DNA of 64,000 bases, taken from positions 2,296 to 66,295 of the forward strand of contig PLTX01000092.1 of NCBI GenBank assembly GCA_003164675.1. The letters run 5' to 3'. Under the pieces are notes generated by a model. That model was not told the DNA's origin. It saw nothing but the letters and a program-made list of their open reading frames with translations, and ran no database searches. The translations under genes and the position numbers were made by a program. This document shows, piece after piece, positions 18,069-27,041 of the stretch; the first letter of the stretch is position 1, and every line of letters starts with the position of its first letter. This stretch comes from Verrucomicrobiota bacterium. GTDB lineage: Bacteria; Verrucomicrobiota; Verrucomicrobiia; Palsa-1439.

Positions 18069-19561
18069 AACTCGCGGACATTGTCAAAACGGTCAAGCCG
18101 CTGGCGGTCATCGGTCCGCTGGACCAGGAAATTACCGGCATCGCCTATGATTCGCGCCGCGTGATGCCCGGCCACATGTTTGTGGCGATGCGTGGCGAGC
18201 GGACCGACGGACATCGCTTCGTGGAGGCGGCCATCGAACGGGGCGCGGCGGCGATTGTGTTGGAGCGCGACGCCAGCTTCAATCCACGGGCCACGCGCAT
18301 CAAAGTCAGCGATGCCCGATGGTCGATGGCGCAGGCGTCGGCCCAATTCTATAACCATCCCTCGCAGCAGTTGAAGGTCATCGGAGTTACGGGAACCAAT
18401 GGCAAGACCACGACGGCATTCATGGTGAAGGCCATTATGGAGGCGGCGGGGATTTCCTGCGGCCTGCTGGGCACGGTGCAGTATCAGATCGGCCAGCGTG
18501 TGATCCCCGCGTCGCGGACGACACCCGAGTCCGTCGATATCCAGGACATGATGAGCCAGATGCTGCGGGCCGGCTGCGGCGGCGTGTCGATGGAGGTCAG
18601 TTCCCACGCGATCGATCAATTGCGCGTGGAAGAAGTGGATTTCGATGTCGCGATCTTCACGAATCTTTCGCAGGACCATCTCGATTACCACGGGACGATG
18701 GAAGAATATTTCGAGTCGAAAACGAGGCTGTTCAGCGCGTTGGGCACTGTCCGAAAGGCGGGCCGTGCGGTAGTGAATGCGGATAACGCTTACGGTTGTG
18801 ACTTGATCGAGCGCTTGGGTGGGGACCACGCCGTACTTAGCTACGGCGTTTCAAGCGCGGCGGTCATTCGCGCCGAGGACGTGCGTGTGTCGGCGGAGGG
18901 AAGTTACTTCGTCGTCCACACGCCCCAGGACAGTATCCCGATGTCACTTCCATTGATTGGACGCTACAACGTGTCCAACGCGCTGGCGGCCATCAGCGCC
19001 ACTCAAGCCATCGGCATCGATCTGCGGACGACCGAATCGGCGCTGGCGCAATTGCGTCCCGTGCCGGGCCGCGTCGAGAGGGTGCAAGTTCCGGAGGACT
19101 TCAAGGTGTTCGTGGATTACGCGCATACGGCGGACGCGTTGCGCAACGTGCTGGCCACGGTCGCGGAACTGGCCCGGGGACGGCTGATTGTGGTGTTCGG
19201 CTGCGGGGGCGACCGCGACAAGGGCAAGCGGAAGGTGATGGGGCAGGCGGCTTGTGATTTGGCGGACTTTTCCATCATCACAACCGACAACCCGCGCACG
19301 GAAGACCCGCGGGAAATTGTGAAGCAGATCGAGGAAGGGTTCACGGCCACCAACGGCAACCACCATCAGGTGATCAACGATCGCCGCGAGGCCATCGAAC
19401 GGGCGCTGGATATCGCGCGGCCGGGTGACGCGGTGGTGATTGCCGGCAAGGGACACGAGACCTATCAGGAATTTGCGGACACGGTTGTGCCGTTCAACGA
19501 CCGTCAAGTGGTTGAAGATTATTTTCGTTTGAGTGGAACACGGTGGAAACCTTGCGTTTAG
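18065..19561 (+). CDS. murE: UDP-MurNAc-Ala-Glu:meso-DAP ligase
   Basis: GVTGTNGKTT, MEVSSHA, DHLDYH, DYAHT, FGCGGDRD, DNPR (DAP specificity motif), AGKGHE. Confidence 0.97.
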   Translation: MKLADIVKTVKPLAVIGPLDQEITGIAYDSRRVMPGHMFVAMRGERTDGHRFVEAAIERGAAAIVLERDASFNPRATRIKVSDARWSMAQASAQFYNHPSQQLKVIGVTGTNGKTTTAFMVKAIMEAAGISCGLLGTVQYQIGQRVIPASRTTPESVDIQDMMSQMLRAGCGGVSMEVSSHAIDQLRVEEVDFDVAIFTNLSQDHLDYHGTMEEYFESKTRLFSALGTVRKAGRAVVNADNAYGCDLIERLGGDHAVLSYGVSSAAVIRAEDVRVSAEGSYFVVHTPQDSIPMSLPLIGRYNVSNALAAISATQAIGIDLRTTESALAQLRPVPGRVERVQVPEDFKVFVDYAHTADALRNVLATVAELARGRLIVVFGCGGDRDKGKRKVMGQAACDLADFSIITTDNPRTEDPREIVKQIEEGFTATNGNHHQVINDRREAIERALDIARPGDAVVIAGKGHETYQEFADTVVPFNDRQVVEDYFRLSGTRWKPCV

Positions 19562-20955
19562 AACAATTAGCTGAACTTTGTGAGGCGCGGCTGATTCGCG
19601 GCGAGCCAGGAAGGCTGGTCGGACGAATCAGTATCGACTCACGCGCGTTGGGCCGGGGCGATTGCTTTGTCGCTCTGCGCGGCCAGCGCTTTGACGGACA
19701 CGAATTCGTACCCGATGTGGCCCGCTTGGGGGCATCGGCGGCGGTAGTCTCGAATCCTACCCGTGCAATGAACTCGCCTAGTGCCTTGGCGCTTCTCCAA
19801 GTGCAAGACACCCTCACCGCATTGCACAAACTCGCAACGAACTACCGCCGGCTGATGCCCCCAACCACCCGCCTGATTGCCGTTACCGGCTCGAGCGGGA
19901 AAACGACCACCAAGCGGCTCATCGCCTCGGTGCTTGGGGAACGGTTTAATGTAGTGGAATCGTCCGGCAATAACAACAACCACATTGGTGTGCCGCTCAA
20001 CCTCTTACGGCTGGACCGCGCGCACGACTACGGCGTGTTTGAACTGGGGACGAATCATCCGGGTGAAATCGCCGCGCTGGCGAAGATGGTGCGGCCCGAC
20101 ATCGGCGTCATCACCAACGTCGGCCTGGGGCATGTCGAGTTCTTCGGGGACGAAGCCGGAGTGGCCCGAGAGAAGGGATCGCTGTTGGAAGTGTTGCCGC
20201 GCAACGGCGACGGTCTCGCGGTGATCAATGCCGATGACAAGTGGTGCCACGAATTGCGCGCGCACACGAACGCGACGGTGGTAACGGTCGGGATCGACAA
20301 TTTCGCGGACATCCGCGGTAGCGAGATCAAAATCAACGGGGATGTGAAGTTCCGCCTCAACATCGCGAAGAAGCGGGAAGATGTGATCGTGCGGCTCAAG
20401 ACGCTCGGTCGCCACCAGATCTACAACGCGTTGCAAGCGGCCGCCATTGGCTATTTCGCGGGAATGGACCTGGATGAAATCCGTGTTGGTTTGGAAAACG
20501 CGGAATTTCCGCACATGCGGATGGAGTTGGTCACGATCGATGGCGTGCGGTTTGTGAACGATTGCTACAACGCCAACGTGGTGTCGATGAAGGCCGCGTT
20601 GCAAATGATTCGCGAAACCCCGTGCAACGGACGGAAGATCGCCGTACTCGGCGACATGCTGGAACTCGGCGAATGGACACAGTCGGCGCACGGTGACATC
20701 GGGGTGATCGCAGCCAACTGCGGCCTGGCCTTGCTGATCACGGTCGGCCAGTCCGCGCGGCTGATCGCGCAGGCGGCCATCGAAGCGGGCATGGAAACCC
20801 ACCGGGTCCTGCCGTTGGCCACGACGACGGAGGCGGAAGAGACGATCCGCACGCTCGCGCAGGAAGGTGATTTTGTGTTGGTCAAAGGTTCGAGACGATT
20901 GCAGTTGGAACGAATTGTGGAGGGATACCGAAACCATGTAGTCGCGCCTCTGTGA
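19543..20955 (+). CDS. murF: UDP-MurNAc-tripeptide:D-Ala-D-Ala ligase
   Basis: AVTGSSGKTTTK, NNHIGVP, NDCYNAN, LGDMLELG, LVKGSR. Confidence 0.96.
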   Translation: METLRLEQLAELCEARLIRGEPGRLVGRISIDSRALGRGDCFVALRGQRFDGHEFVPDVARLGASAAVVSNPTRAMNSPSALALLQVQDTLTALHKLATNYRRLMPPTTRLIAVTGSSGKTTTKRLIASVLGERFNVVESSGNNNNHIGVPLNLLRLDRAHDYGVFELGTNHPGEIAALAKMVRPDIGVITNVGLGHVEFFGDEAGVAREKGSLLEVLPRNGDGLAVINADDKWCHELRAHTNATVVTVGIDNFADIRGSEIKINGDVKFRLNIAKKREDVIVRLKTLGRHQIYNALQAAAIGYFAGMDLDEIRVGLENAEFPHMRMELVTIDGVRFVNDCYNANVVSMKAALQMIRETPCNGRKIAVLGDMLELGEWTQSAHGDIGVIAANCGLALLITVGQSARLIAQAAIEAGMETHRVLPLATTTEAEETIRTLAQEGDFVLVKGSRRLQLERIVEGYRNHVVAPL

Positions 20956-21006
20956 GGCGCCAACCAGTAGTGTGTGGGGACTGCGCCTCCCCGAGGCGCG
21001 GCAACA
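20937..21006. repeat. GTAG-type REP doublet overlapping the murF stop codon
   Basis: TGTAGTCGCGCCTCTGTGAGGCGC (20937-20960) and inverted copy GCGCCTCCCCGAGGCGCGGCAACA (20983-21006), 20/24 identical by eye. Confidence 0.75.
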
Positions 21007-21038
21007 CGGGTGTGAGGAAGTGACGGACCGAGGAGGAG

Positions 21039-22136
21039 ATGTTTTACTATCTGAGCGAGTATACGCAGTGGTTCTCGCCGTTGCGGGTGTTTCAATACGT
21101 GACCTTCCGCGCGGTGTTTGCCGCACTGACGGCGCTGTTGATGTGCGTGTTTGTGGGGCCGTGGCTCATTCGCCGTCTGGTCGAGATGAAACTCCAGCAG
21201 CCGATCCGCGGCGAAGACGATCTGCGGGAATTGGCCAAGACCCACGGCCAGAAAGCCTGCCCGACAATGGGCGGCATCCTCATCATCTGGGCGGTGGTGG
21301 ATTCGGTCCTGCTGTGGGCGCGTCCGACCAATCAACTTGTTTTGATTTGCCTGGTGACGTTGATTTGGCTCGGCGGGATTGGGTTCCTGGACGATTGGGC
21401 GAAGGTACAGGCGCGAAAGTCCGAAGGGATGCGCGCGAAAACAAAGTTTCTCTTTCAAATCGGTCTGGGATTGTTTGTGGGGACGTTGCTCCTGACCGAT
21501 CCGCTGCTCGGCCAGACCGCGAGGAAATTGATGATGCCTTTCGTGAAAGGGCCAGTGATCGCGGACATGGGATGGTGGGCGTTGCTGCTGGTGGTGGTGG
21601 TGATCGTCGGCTCGTCGAACGCCGTGAACCTGACGGATGGCCTCGACGGTTTGGCGACGGGATGCACCCTGACGGTGGCGCTAACGTATGCCGTGATGTG
21701 TTACGTGGCCGGCAATTTCAGATTTGCCAGTTACCTGCAGGTGCCGTTCGTGTCGGGGGCCGGCGAATTGACGGTGGTGTGCGCCGCGCTCATCGGCGCG
21801 AGCCTGGGGTTTTTGTGGTTCAACTGCCATCCGGCGCAGGTGTTCATGGGCGACACCGGTTCGCTGGCGATTGGCGGGTTGATCGGCGCCATTGCGGTGA
21901 TGATCAAGCAGGAGTTGGTGCTGGTCATCGTCGGTGGAATCTTCGTGATGGAAGCCGCCTCGGTCATTTTGCAGGTCGCCAGCTTCAAGCTCCGCGGCAA
22001 GCGGATTTTTGCGATGGCGCCGTTGCATCACCATTTCGAGTTGCGCGGCTGGTCGGAGACCAAGGTGACCACGCGATTTTGGGTGTTGTCGGTAATCTTT
22101 GCGTTGCTGGGATTGGCAACGCTGAAATTGAGGTGA
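21039..22136 (+). CDS. mraY: Phospho-N-acetylmuramoyl-pentapeptide transferase
   Basis: PTMGG, GFLDD, SNAVNLTDGLDGLA, VFMGDTGS, MAPLHHHFE. Confidence 0.97.
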   Translation: MFYYLSEYTQWFSPLRVFQYVTFRAVFAALTALLMCVFVGPWLIRRLVEMKLQQPIRGEDDLRELAKTHGQKACPTMGGILIIWAVVDSVLLWARPTNQLVLICLVTLIWLGGIGFLDDWAKVQARKSEGMRAKTKFLFQIGLGLFVGTLLLTDPLLGQTARKLMMPFVKGPVIADMGWWALLLVVVVIVGSSNAVNLTDGLDGLATGCTLTVALTYAVMCYVAGNFRFASYLQVPFVSGAGELTVVCAALIGASLGFLWFNCHPAQVFMGDTGSLAIGGLIGAIAVMIKQELVLVIVGGIFVMEAASVILQVASFKLRGKRIFAMAPLHHHFELRGWSETKVTTRFWVLSVIFALLGLATLKLR

Positions 22137-22143
22137 TTGAGAA

Positions 22144-23508
22144 ATGCAGACGATGGAATTGAGGGGTAAGGACGTGGTCGTGCTGGGGTTGGGCCGTAGC
22201 GGGATGGCGGCGGCATCCTTGTTGCAGCGCGACGGCGCGCGCGTGGTGGTGCGGGACGAATCGGCCGGAGACCAATTACAGGAGCGGGCGATGCGGCTGC
22301 GCCGGTTGGGTGTGCGGGTGGAGCTGGGCAACCAGTTCAACCGCTCGACGCGGTTTGACCTCGCGGTGGTCAGTCCGGGCATCGGGCCCGAGCGACCGAT
22401 CGTGCGGGAGGTATTGACGCAGAATACGCCGCTCCTGAGTGAGCTGGAATTGGCGTACCGTTTTTGCCTGTGCCCGATCATTGCCATCACAGGCACGAAT
22501 GGGAAAACGACAACGACGGAATTGATCGCCGCGATGCTGGCTGGTTGCGGCAAACGCACCACGGCGGCAGGCAATATCGGGAATGCGTTTTCCGACGCGG
22601 TGGAAGCCAGCGCGGGGTTGGACGCCGTGGTGCTCGAAGTCAGCTCGTTCCAGTTGGAGAAGATCGAGCAGTTTCGCGCGAGCATCGCGGTGTTGTTGAA
22701 CATCACGCCCGACCACCTCGACCGTTACGAGTCGATGGATGCCTACGCGGCGGCAAAGTCGTTTATTTTCATGAACCAGCGACCGGAAGACACGGCGGTC
22801 GTCAGTGTGGAGACGCTGGAAACACTGCGGCGCATGGGCATTGCGATCAAGGCGCACCCGATCACGTTCAGCGCCTACAACCACGAAGCGGACGTCTGGC
22901 TCGACTGGTTCGACAACGAAACAATTTGGTGCCGGTTGCCGGAATGCCGCGGGATTCTGCTGAAGATGAGTGAGACGAACCTGCGCGGCGTGCACAATGC
23001 CGAGAACGTGCTGGCGACGCTCGCGACCGGGTTGGCCATGGGGTTGCCCGTATCACGAATGCGCGAGGCGATTTGCTCGTACTGTCCGCAACCGCACCGG
23101 TGTGAATTCGTGGCGGAAGTTGATGGAGTGACGTACATCAACGATTCGAAGGCGACCAACGTCGATGCCGTCGAGAAGGCGCTGCGTTCCCTGACGGGAC
23201 GCTGCGTGCTGATCGCGGGCGGTCGCGACAAGGGTTTGGATTTCACTTCGCTGAAGGAGGTGGTTGCCGACAAGGTCAAGCTGGCGGTGTTGATGGGTGA
23301 GGCGCAGGGCAAGATGTGGCGCGCCTGGTCCAGGGTCGCGCCGTGCGTACGCGCGTTTTCAATGGAAGAGGCCGTCCGCCTGGCGGCCAGTCATGCCCGC
23401 CGGGGCGATACGGTGTTGTTGTCGCCGGCGTGCGCCAGCTTTGACATGTTCGAGAATTATGAACATCGCGGTGAGGAGTTCAAACGGCACGTCTTCAACT
23501 TGCCGTGA
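22144..23508 (+). CDS. murD: UDP-MurNAc-L-Ala:D-Glu ligase
   Basis: GLGRSG, AITGTNGKTTT, EVSSFQL, PDHLDRY, NDSKATN, LLSPACASFD. Confidence 0.97.
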   Translation: MQTMELRGKDVVVLGLGRSGMAAASLLQRDGARVVVRDESAGDQLQERAMRLRRLGVRVELGNQFNRSTRFDLAVVSPGIGPERPIVREVLTQNTPLLSELELAYRFCLCPIIAITGTNGKTTTTELIAAMLAGCGKRTTAAGNIGNAFSDAVEASAGLDAVVLEVSSFQLEKIEQFRASIAVLLNITPDHLDRYESMDAYAAAKSFIFMNQRPEDTAVVSVETLETLRRMGIAIKAHPITFSAYNHEADVWLDWFDNETIWCRLPECRGILLKMSETNLRGVHNAENVLATLATGLAMGLPVSRMREAICSYCPQPHRCEFVAEVDGVTYINDSKATNVDAVEKALRSLTGRCVLIAGGRDKGLDFTSLKEVVADKVKLAVLMGEAQGKMWRAWSRVAPCVRAFSMEEAVRLAASHARRGDTVLLSPACASFDMFENYEHRGEEFKRHVFNLP

Positions 23509-23569
23509 GGTGACGTAACCGGATTTGCAGAACAACAATCGATCAAAACAACAATACCGAAAGGAACCA

Positions 23570-24676
23570 ATGAAAGTCTCGAAAGTCGTACTCATCGTCG
23601 TAGCGTTACACGTCCTTGTGATCGGGGGCATCGTCGTCTTTGAGGGGTGCTCCCGGGTCAAGAGCAGCACGCCGGATATGGCGGCGAATGAAAGCCTGCC
23701 CGGCCAGCAACCCGACAGCAACGTGGTGACTTCCATCCCGAATCCGCAAGGTCCGGGAGCGGTCAACCCGCTGGCGCCTGCAACGTCCATGGCGGGCAAT
23801 GAAGCACCGGCTCCGGCACCGGTGGCAGCGGCGCAACCCGCGCCGGTCTCGGCGACCGTGCATGTCTACGTCGTGAAGAAGGGGGATTCCCTGTGGAAGA
23901 TCGCCAAGGCGGAGAGCGTTACCGTCGCCGAACTCAGTCGCGCGAACAATATGTCGAAGACCAGCCCGCTGAAGGTTGGCCAGAAACTGACCGTGCCCGC
24001 GGCGAAGGCGGAGAAGACCAGCGTCGCGACCGCCTCCGTGGTCCCCGCCCCAACGGACGCCAACAGCGTCCCGTCCGGGGCGACCGCATCAGCGGCTCCG
24101 TCAACGGGAACCGACGACAGTGGCAATCTGTACGTGGTGAAGTCCGGGGATTCACTTTGGAAGATCGCCCGCCACAAGAACGTCACCATGGCCGCGCTCA
24201 AGCAGGCGAACAATCTGAATGGTGATTCGCTCAAGGTTGGCCAGAAGCTCCACATCCCGATGGCGACGGCCAAGGCCGCGACGGACACGGCTGGCAACAC
24301 CGTTAGTGCGGGCATTGCGGCCACGTCGTCGGCAGGGTGGCAGGCTCCCGGCACCTACACGGAGAACGGGCAGACAATCCACATCGTGGACTTCAAAGAA
24401 TCCCCGGCGACGATCGCCAAGAAGTACGGCATCAAGACCGAGGACCTGCTCAAAGCCAACAACATCACCGACCCGAAGAAGGTCCAGTACGGTCAGCGTC
24501 TGGTGATCCCGTCGCAGCAGCCGAGTGCGACAGCGTCGACCACGACGGCCCCCGCGACGACGCCGGTCGCCAACACAACGCTGGTAGCGAACGCAACGAC
24601 TACGGGAACAACGGCCCCAACCACGCCGGCACTGGCGGCACCGGTTGTGTCCGCATCGCGTGCGACAGTACAATAA
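23570..24676 (+). CDS. Membrane-anchored protein with three LysM domains and Ala/Thr/Pro linkers
   Basis: N-terminal TM or lipoprotein-like signal (..VFEGC). LysM repeats YVVKKGDSLWKIAK, YVVKSGDSLWKIAR, HIVDFKESPATIAKKYG. Confidence 0.9.
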   Translation: MKVSKVVLIVVALHVLVIGGIVVFEGCSRVKSSTPDMAANESLPGQQPDSNVVTSIPNPQGPGAVNPLAPATSMAGNEAPAPAPVAAAQPAPVSATVHVYVVKKGDSLWKIAKAESVTVAELSRANNMSKTSPLKVGQKLTVPAAKAEKTSVATASVVPAPTDANSVPSGATASAAPSTGTDDSGNLYVVKSGDSLWKIARHKNVTMAALKQANNLNGDSLKVGQKLHIPMATAKAATDTAGNTVSAGIAATSSAGWQAPGTYTENGQTIHIVDFKESPATIAKKYGIKTEDLLKANNITDPKKVQYGQRLVIPSQQPSATASTTTAPATTPVANTTLVANATTTGTTAPTTPALAAPVVSASRATVQ

Positions 24677-24717
24677 CCACAAGCCATAGATTCGCTTAAC
24701 CAGAAAGTTGGAGGCCT

Positions 24718-25857
24718 GTGAACAAGGCTGCCATCACGCTGTTGACGATCATGCTGGTGTTGTTGACCATTGGCGTGGTCATGCTCTTCAGCACGAGCGC
24801 CCTGTACGCCAAGGACCGCTACGGCGATCAGCACTATCTGCTGAAGCGGCAACTGGCGTGGATGCTCGTCGGAGCCGTCGGATGCGGGATGGCTGCCAGT
24901 TTTCCCTACCCGAAACTGCGCGGCGTGTGCACGGCCATGCTCGTCGTCGCCGGGGTCATGCTGGCGCTGGCGTTGGTTCCCCACATCGGGCTGAAGGTGG
25001 GCGGCGCGCGCCGCTGGCTTGGGTTTGGTCCGATGCGGTTTCAACCATCGGAACTCGGGAAACTGGCGTTGGTCGTGTGGCTGGCGCACTGGCTTGCGAA
25101 AGAGAAACGGCGTCTCGACCGGTTCAGCCGCGGGTTTGCCATTCCCATGGGCGTGGTCGGGATAATGTTGCTGTTGATTCTGGCCGAGCCAGACTTCGGT
25201 TCCACGGCGCTGATGGCGTCAGTGAGTTTTGCGATGATGTACATCGCGGGCGTGCGGCTGCGGTTCCTGGTGCCGACCATCCTCAGTGGCGTGGCGGGAT
25301 TTGCCACGCTCGTCATCCACAACCCGACGCGTGCGGCGCGGCTCATGGCGTTCATGGATCTGGAGAAATACAAGCAGGGCGCCGGCTATCAGGTGTGGCA
25401 GGCGATCCTTGCGTTTGGGTCGGGTGGATTCAACGGACTGGGCCTGGGCAACAGTTTGCAGAAGATGTTTTACCTGCCTGAGGCCCACACGGACTTCATT
25501 TTTCCGATCATCGGCGAAGAACTGGGATTGGTGGGAACGCTGGCAATCCTGCTGGCGTTCGCGTTGTTGATGGTGTGCGCGGTGGTTATCAGCTTGCGGG
25601 CGTCGGACTTATTCGGGCAGTACCTCGGCATGGGCATCGCGGTGCTGTTGGCCATGCAGGCGCTGATCAATATCGGCGTGGTCACGGCGTGGTTGCCGAC
25701 GAAGGGGCTGCCGCTGCCGTTTATCAGTTTTGGCGGATCGAACCTGGTGCTGAACATGGTTGCCATCGGGTTGCTCTTGAACATTTACCGACACGGTTCC
25801 GCGGAAGCGGAGAGTGAGGAACAGGAATTCTTCGCGCGGCGTTCGTCACTCACGTAG
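24718..25857 (+). CDS. ftsW: SEDS peptidoglycan polymerase FtsW
   Basis: GARRWL, QPSELGK, EPDFG, YLPEAHTDFIF, PTKGLPLPFISFGGS. Confidence 0.96.
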   Translation: MNKAAITLLTIMLVLLTIGVVMLFSTSALYAKDRYGDQHYLLKRQLAWMLVGAVGCGMAASFPYPKLRGVCTAMLVVAGVMLALALVPHIGLKVGGARRWLGFGPMRFQPSELGKLALVVWLAHWLAKEKRRLDRFSRGFAIPMGVVGIMLLLILAEPDFGSTALMASVSFAMMYIAGVRLRFLVPTILSGVAGFATLVIHNPTRAARLMAFMDLEKYKQGAGYQVWQAILAFGSGGFNGLGLGNSLQKMFYLPEAHTDFIFPIIGEELGLVGTLAILLAFALLMVCAVVISLRASDLFGQYLGMGIAVLLAMQALINIGVVTAWLPTKGLPLPFISFGGSNLVLNMVAIGLLLNIYRHGSAEAESEEQEFFARRSSLT

Positions 25858-25880
25858 GAGGCGCGGTCGCGGTTGCATGA

Positions 25881-27041
25881 ATGAAAGTCATGATCGCATG
25901 CGGCGGGACGGGGGGGCATCTATTCCCGGGGGTGGCGGTCGCGGAGATCCTCGACGCGCGCCGGCATCGAGTCCGGTTGTTGGTGTCCGAAAAGGCAATC
26001 GATCAGACGGCCTTGGCAGTATCGACCGGTTGCTCCAACCGTTCGGACGGTATCGCGGTGGAAGCGGTGCCGGCCGTGGGGTACGAGGGGCCGGGGCAGT
26101 TGGTTAAGTTCTGCCTGCGCCTGGCAAGAGCGACGCGGGGGTGCGTCGCGGCTTGTGACGAATTCGAGCCGGATGTGGTGCTGGGAATGGGGGGATTCAC
26201 GTCCGCGCCGGCGGTGTTTGGGGCGCGATGGTTCCGCCAGCACAGGTCGGCGACGTTGATCCACGAATCCAACGCCGTGCCCGGCAAAGCGAACCGTTGG
26301 GCGGGCCGATTGGCGGACCACGTGGCGGTCGGGCTGGCCGACTGCGCCCGGTATTTTGGGCGCAAGCCGGTGACGGTCACGGGCACGCCGATTCGCGCGG
26401 CGTTGCGGCGCGGCAAAGTGGCCGATGCGCACGCGCAGCTTGGTTTGGAGACCGGGCGGTTGACCGTGCTGGTCGCGGGGGGCAGTCAGGGGTCTCACGC
26501 GATCAACGAAGGCGTGGCGCGCGCACTGCCGCTGCTGCGGTCGCGGGCGGACGGGTTGCAGTTTGTGCATTTAACAGGCGCGAAGGATGAAGAGTTCATA
26601 CGCGAGACGTACGAAAAGAATGGAGTTCGGGCAACGGTAATGAGTTTTTGCGGACAGATGGAATTGGCGTATAGCGCGGCCGACGTGGTGGTAGCGCGTT
26701 CCGGAGCCGCCACGCTCACCGAGATCGCGGCGTTTGGCTTGCCCGCGATTCTGGTTCCGTACCCGCACGCCGCAGGCAATCACCAGTGGTACAACGCGCG
26801 GGTGTTCGAGCGGGCCGGGGCGGCGCGGCTGATCGAACAACCCCGAAAGCTCCAAGGTTTTTGGGGTGCATCGCCATCGGATGGAGAGCGCTCGGCACGG
26901 GGTGAACAATTCGCCGGGGCCATCACGGAACTGCTCGACGACGAAGTGCGTCGCCGCGGCATGGCCAGAGCCGCGCGGTCGCTGGCAGTGGACGACGCGG
27001 CGGACCGCATCGCAACCCTTTTGGAACAATATGGGGAATAA
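25881..27041 (+). CDS. murG: Lipid II GlcNAc transferase
   Basis: GGTGGHLFPG, GMGGFTS, HESNAVPGKAN, GGSQG, RSGAAT..E, LVPYP. Confidence 0.96.
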   Translation: MKVMIACGGTGGHLFPGVAVAEILDARRHRVRLLVSEKAIDQTALAVSTGCSNRSDGIAVEAVPAVGYEGPGQLVKFCLRLARATRGCVAACDEFEPDVVLGMGGFTSAPAVFGARWFRQHRSATLIHESNAVPGKANRWAGRLADHVAVGLADCARYFGRKPVTVTGTPIRAALRRGKVADAHAQLGLETGRLTVLVAGGSQGSHAINEGVARALPLLRSRADGLQFVHLTGAKDEEFIRETYEKNGVRATVMSFCGQMELAYSAADVVVARSGAATLTEIAAFGLPAILVPYPHAAGNHQWYNARVFERAGAARLIEQPRKLQGFWGASPSDGERSARGEQFAGAITELLDDEVRRRGMARAARSLAVDDAADRIATLLEQYGE

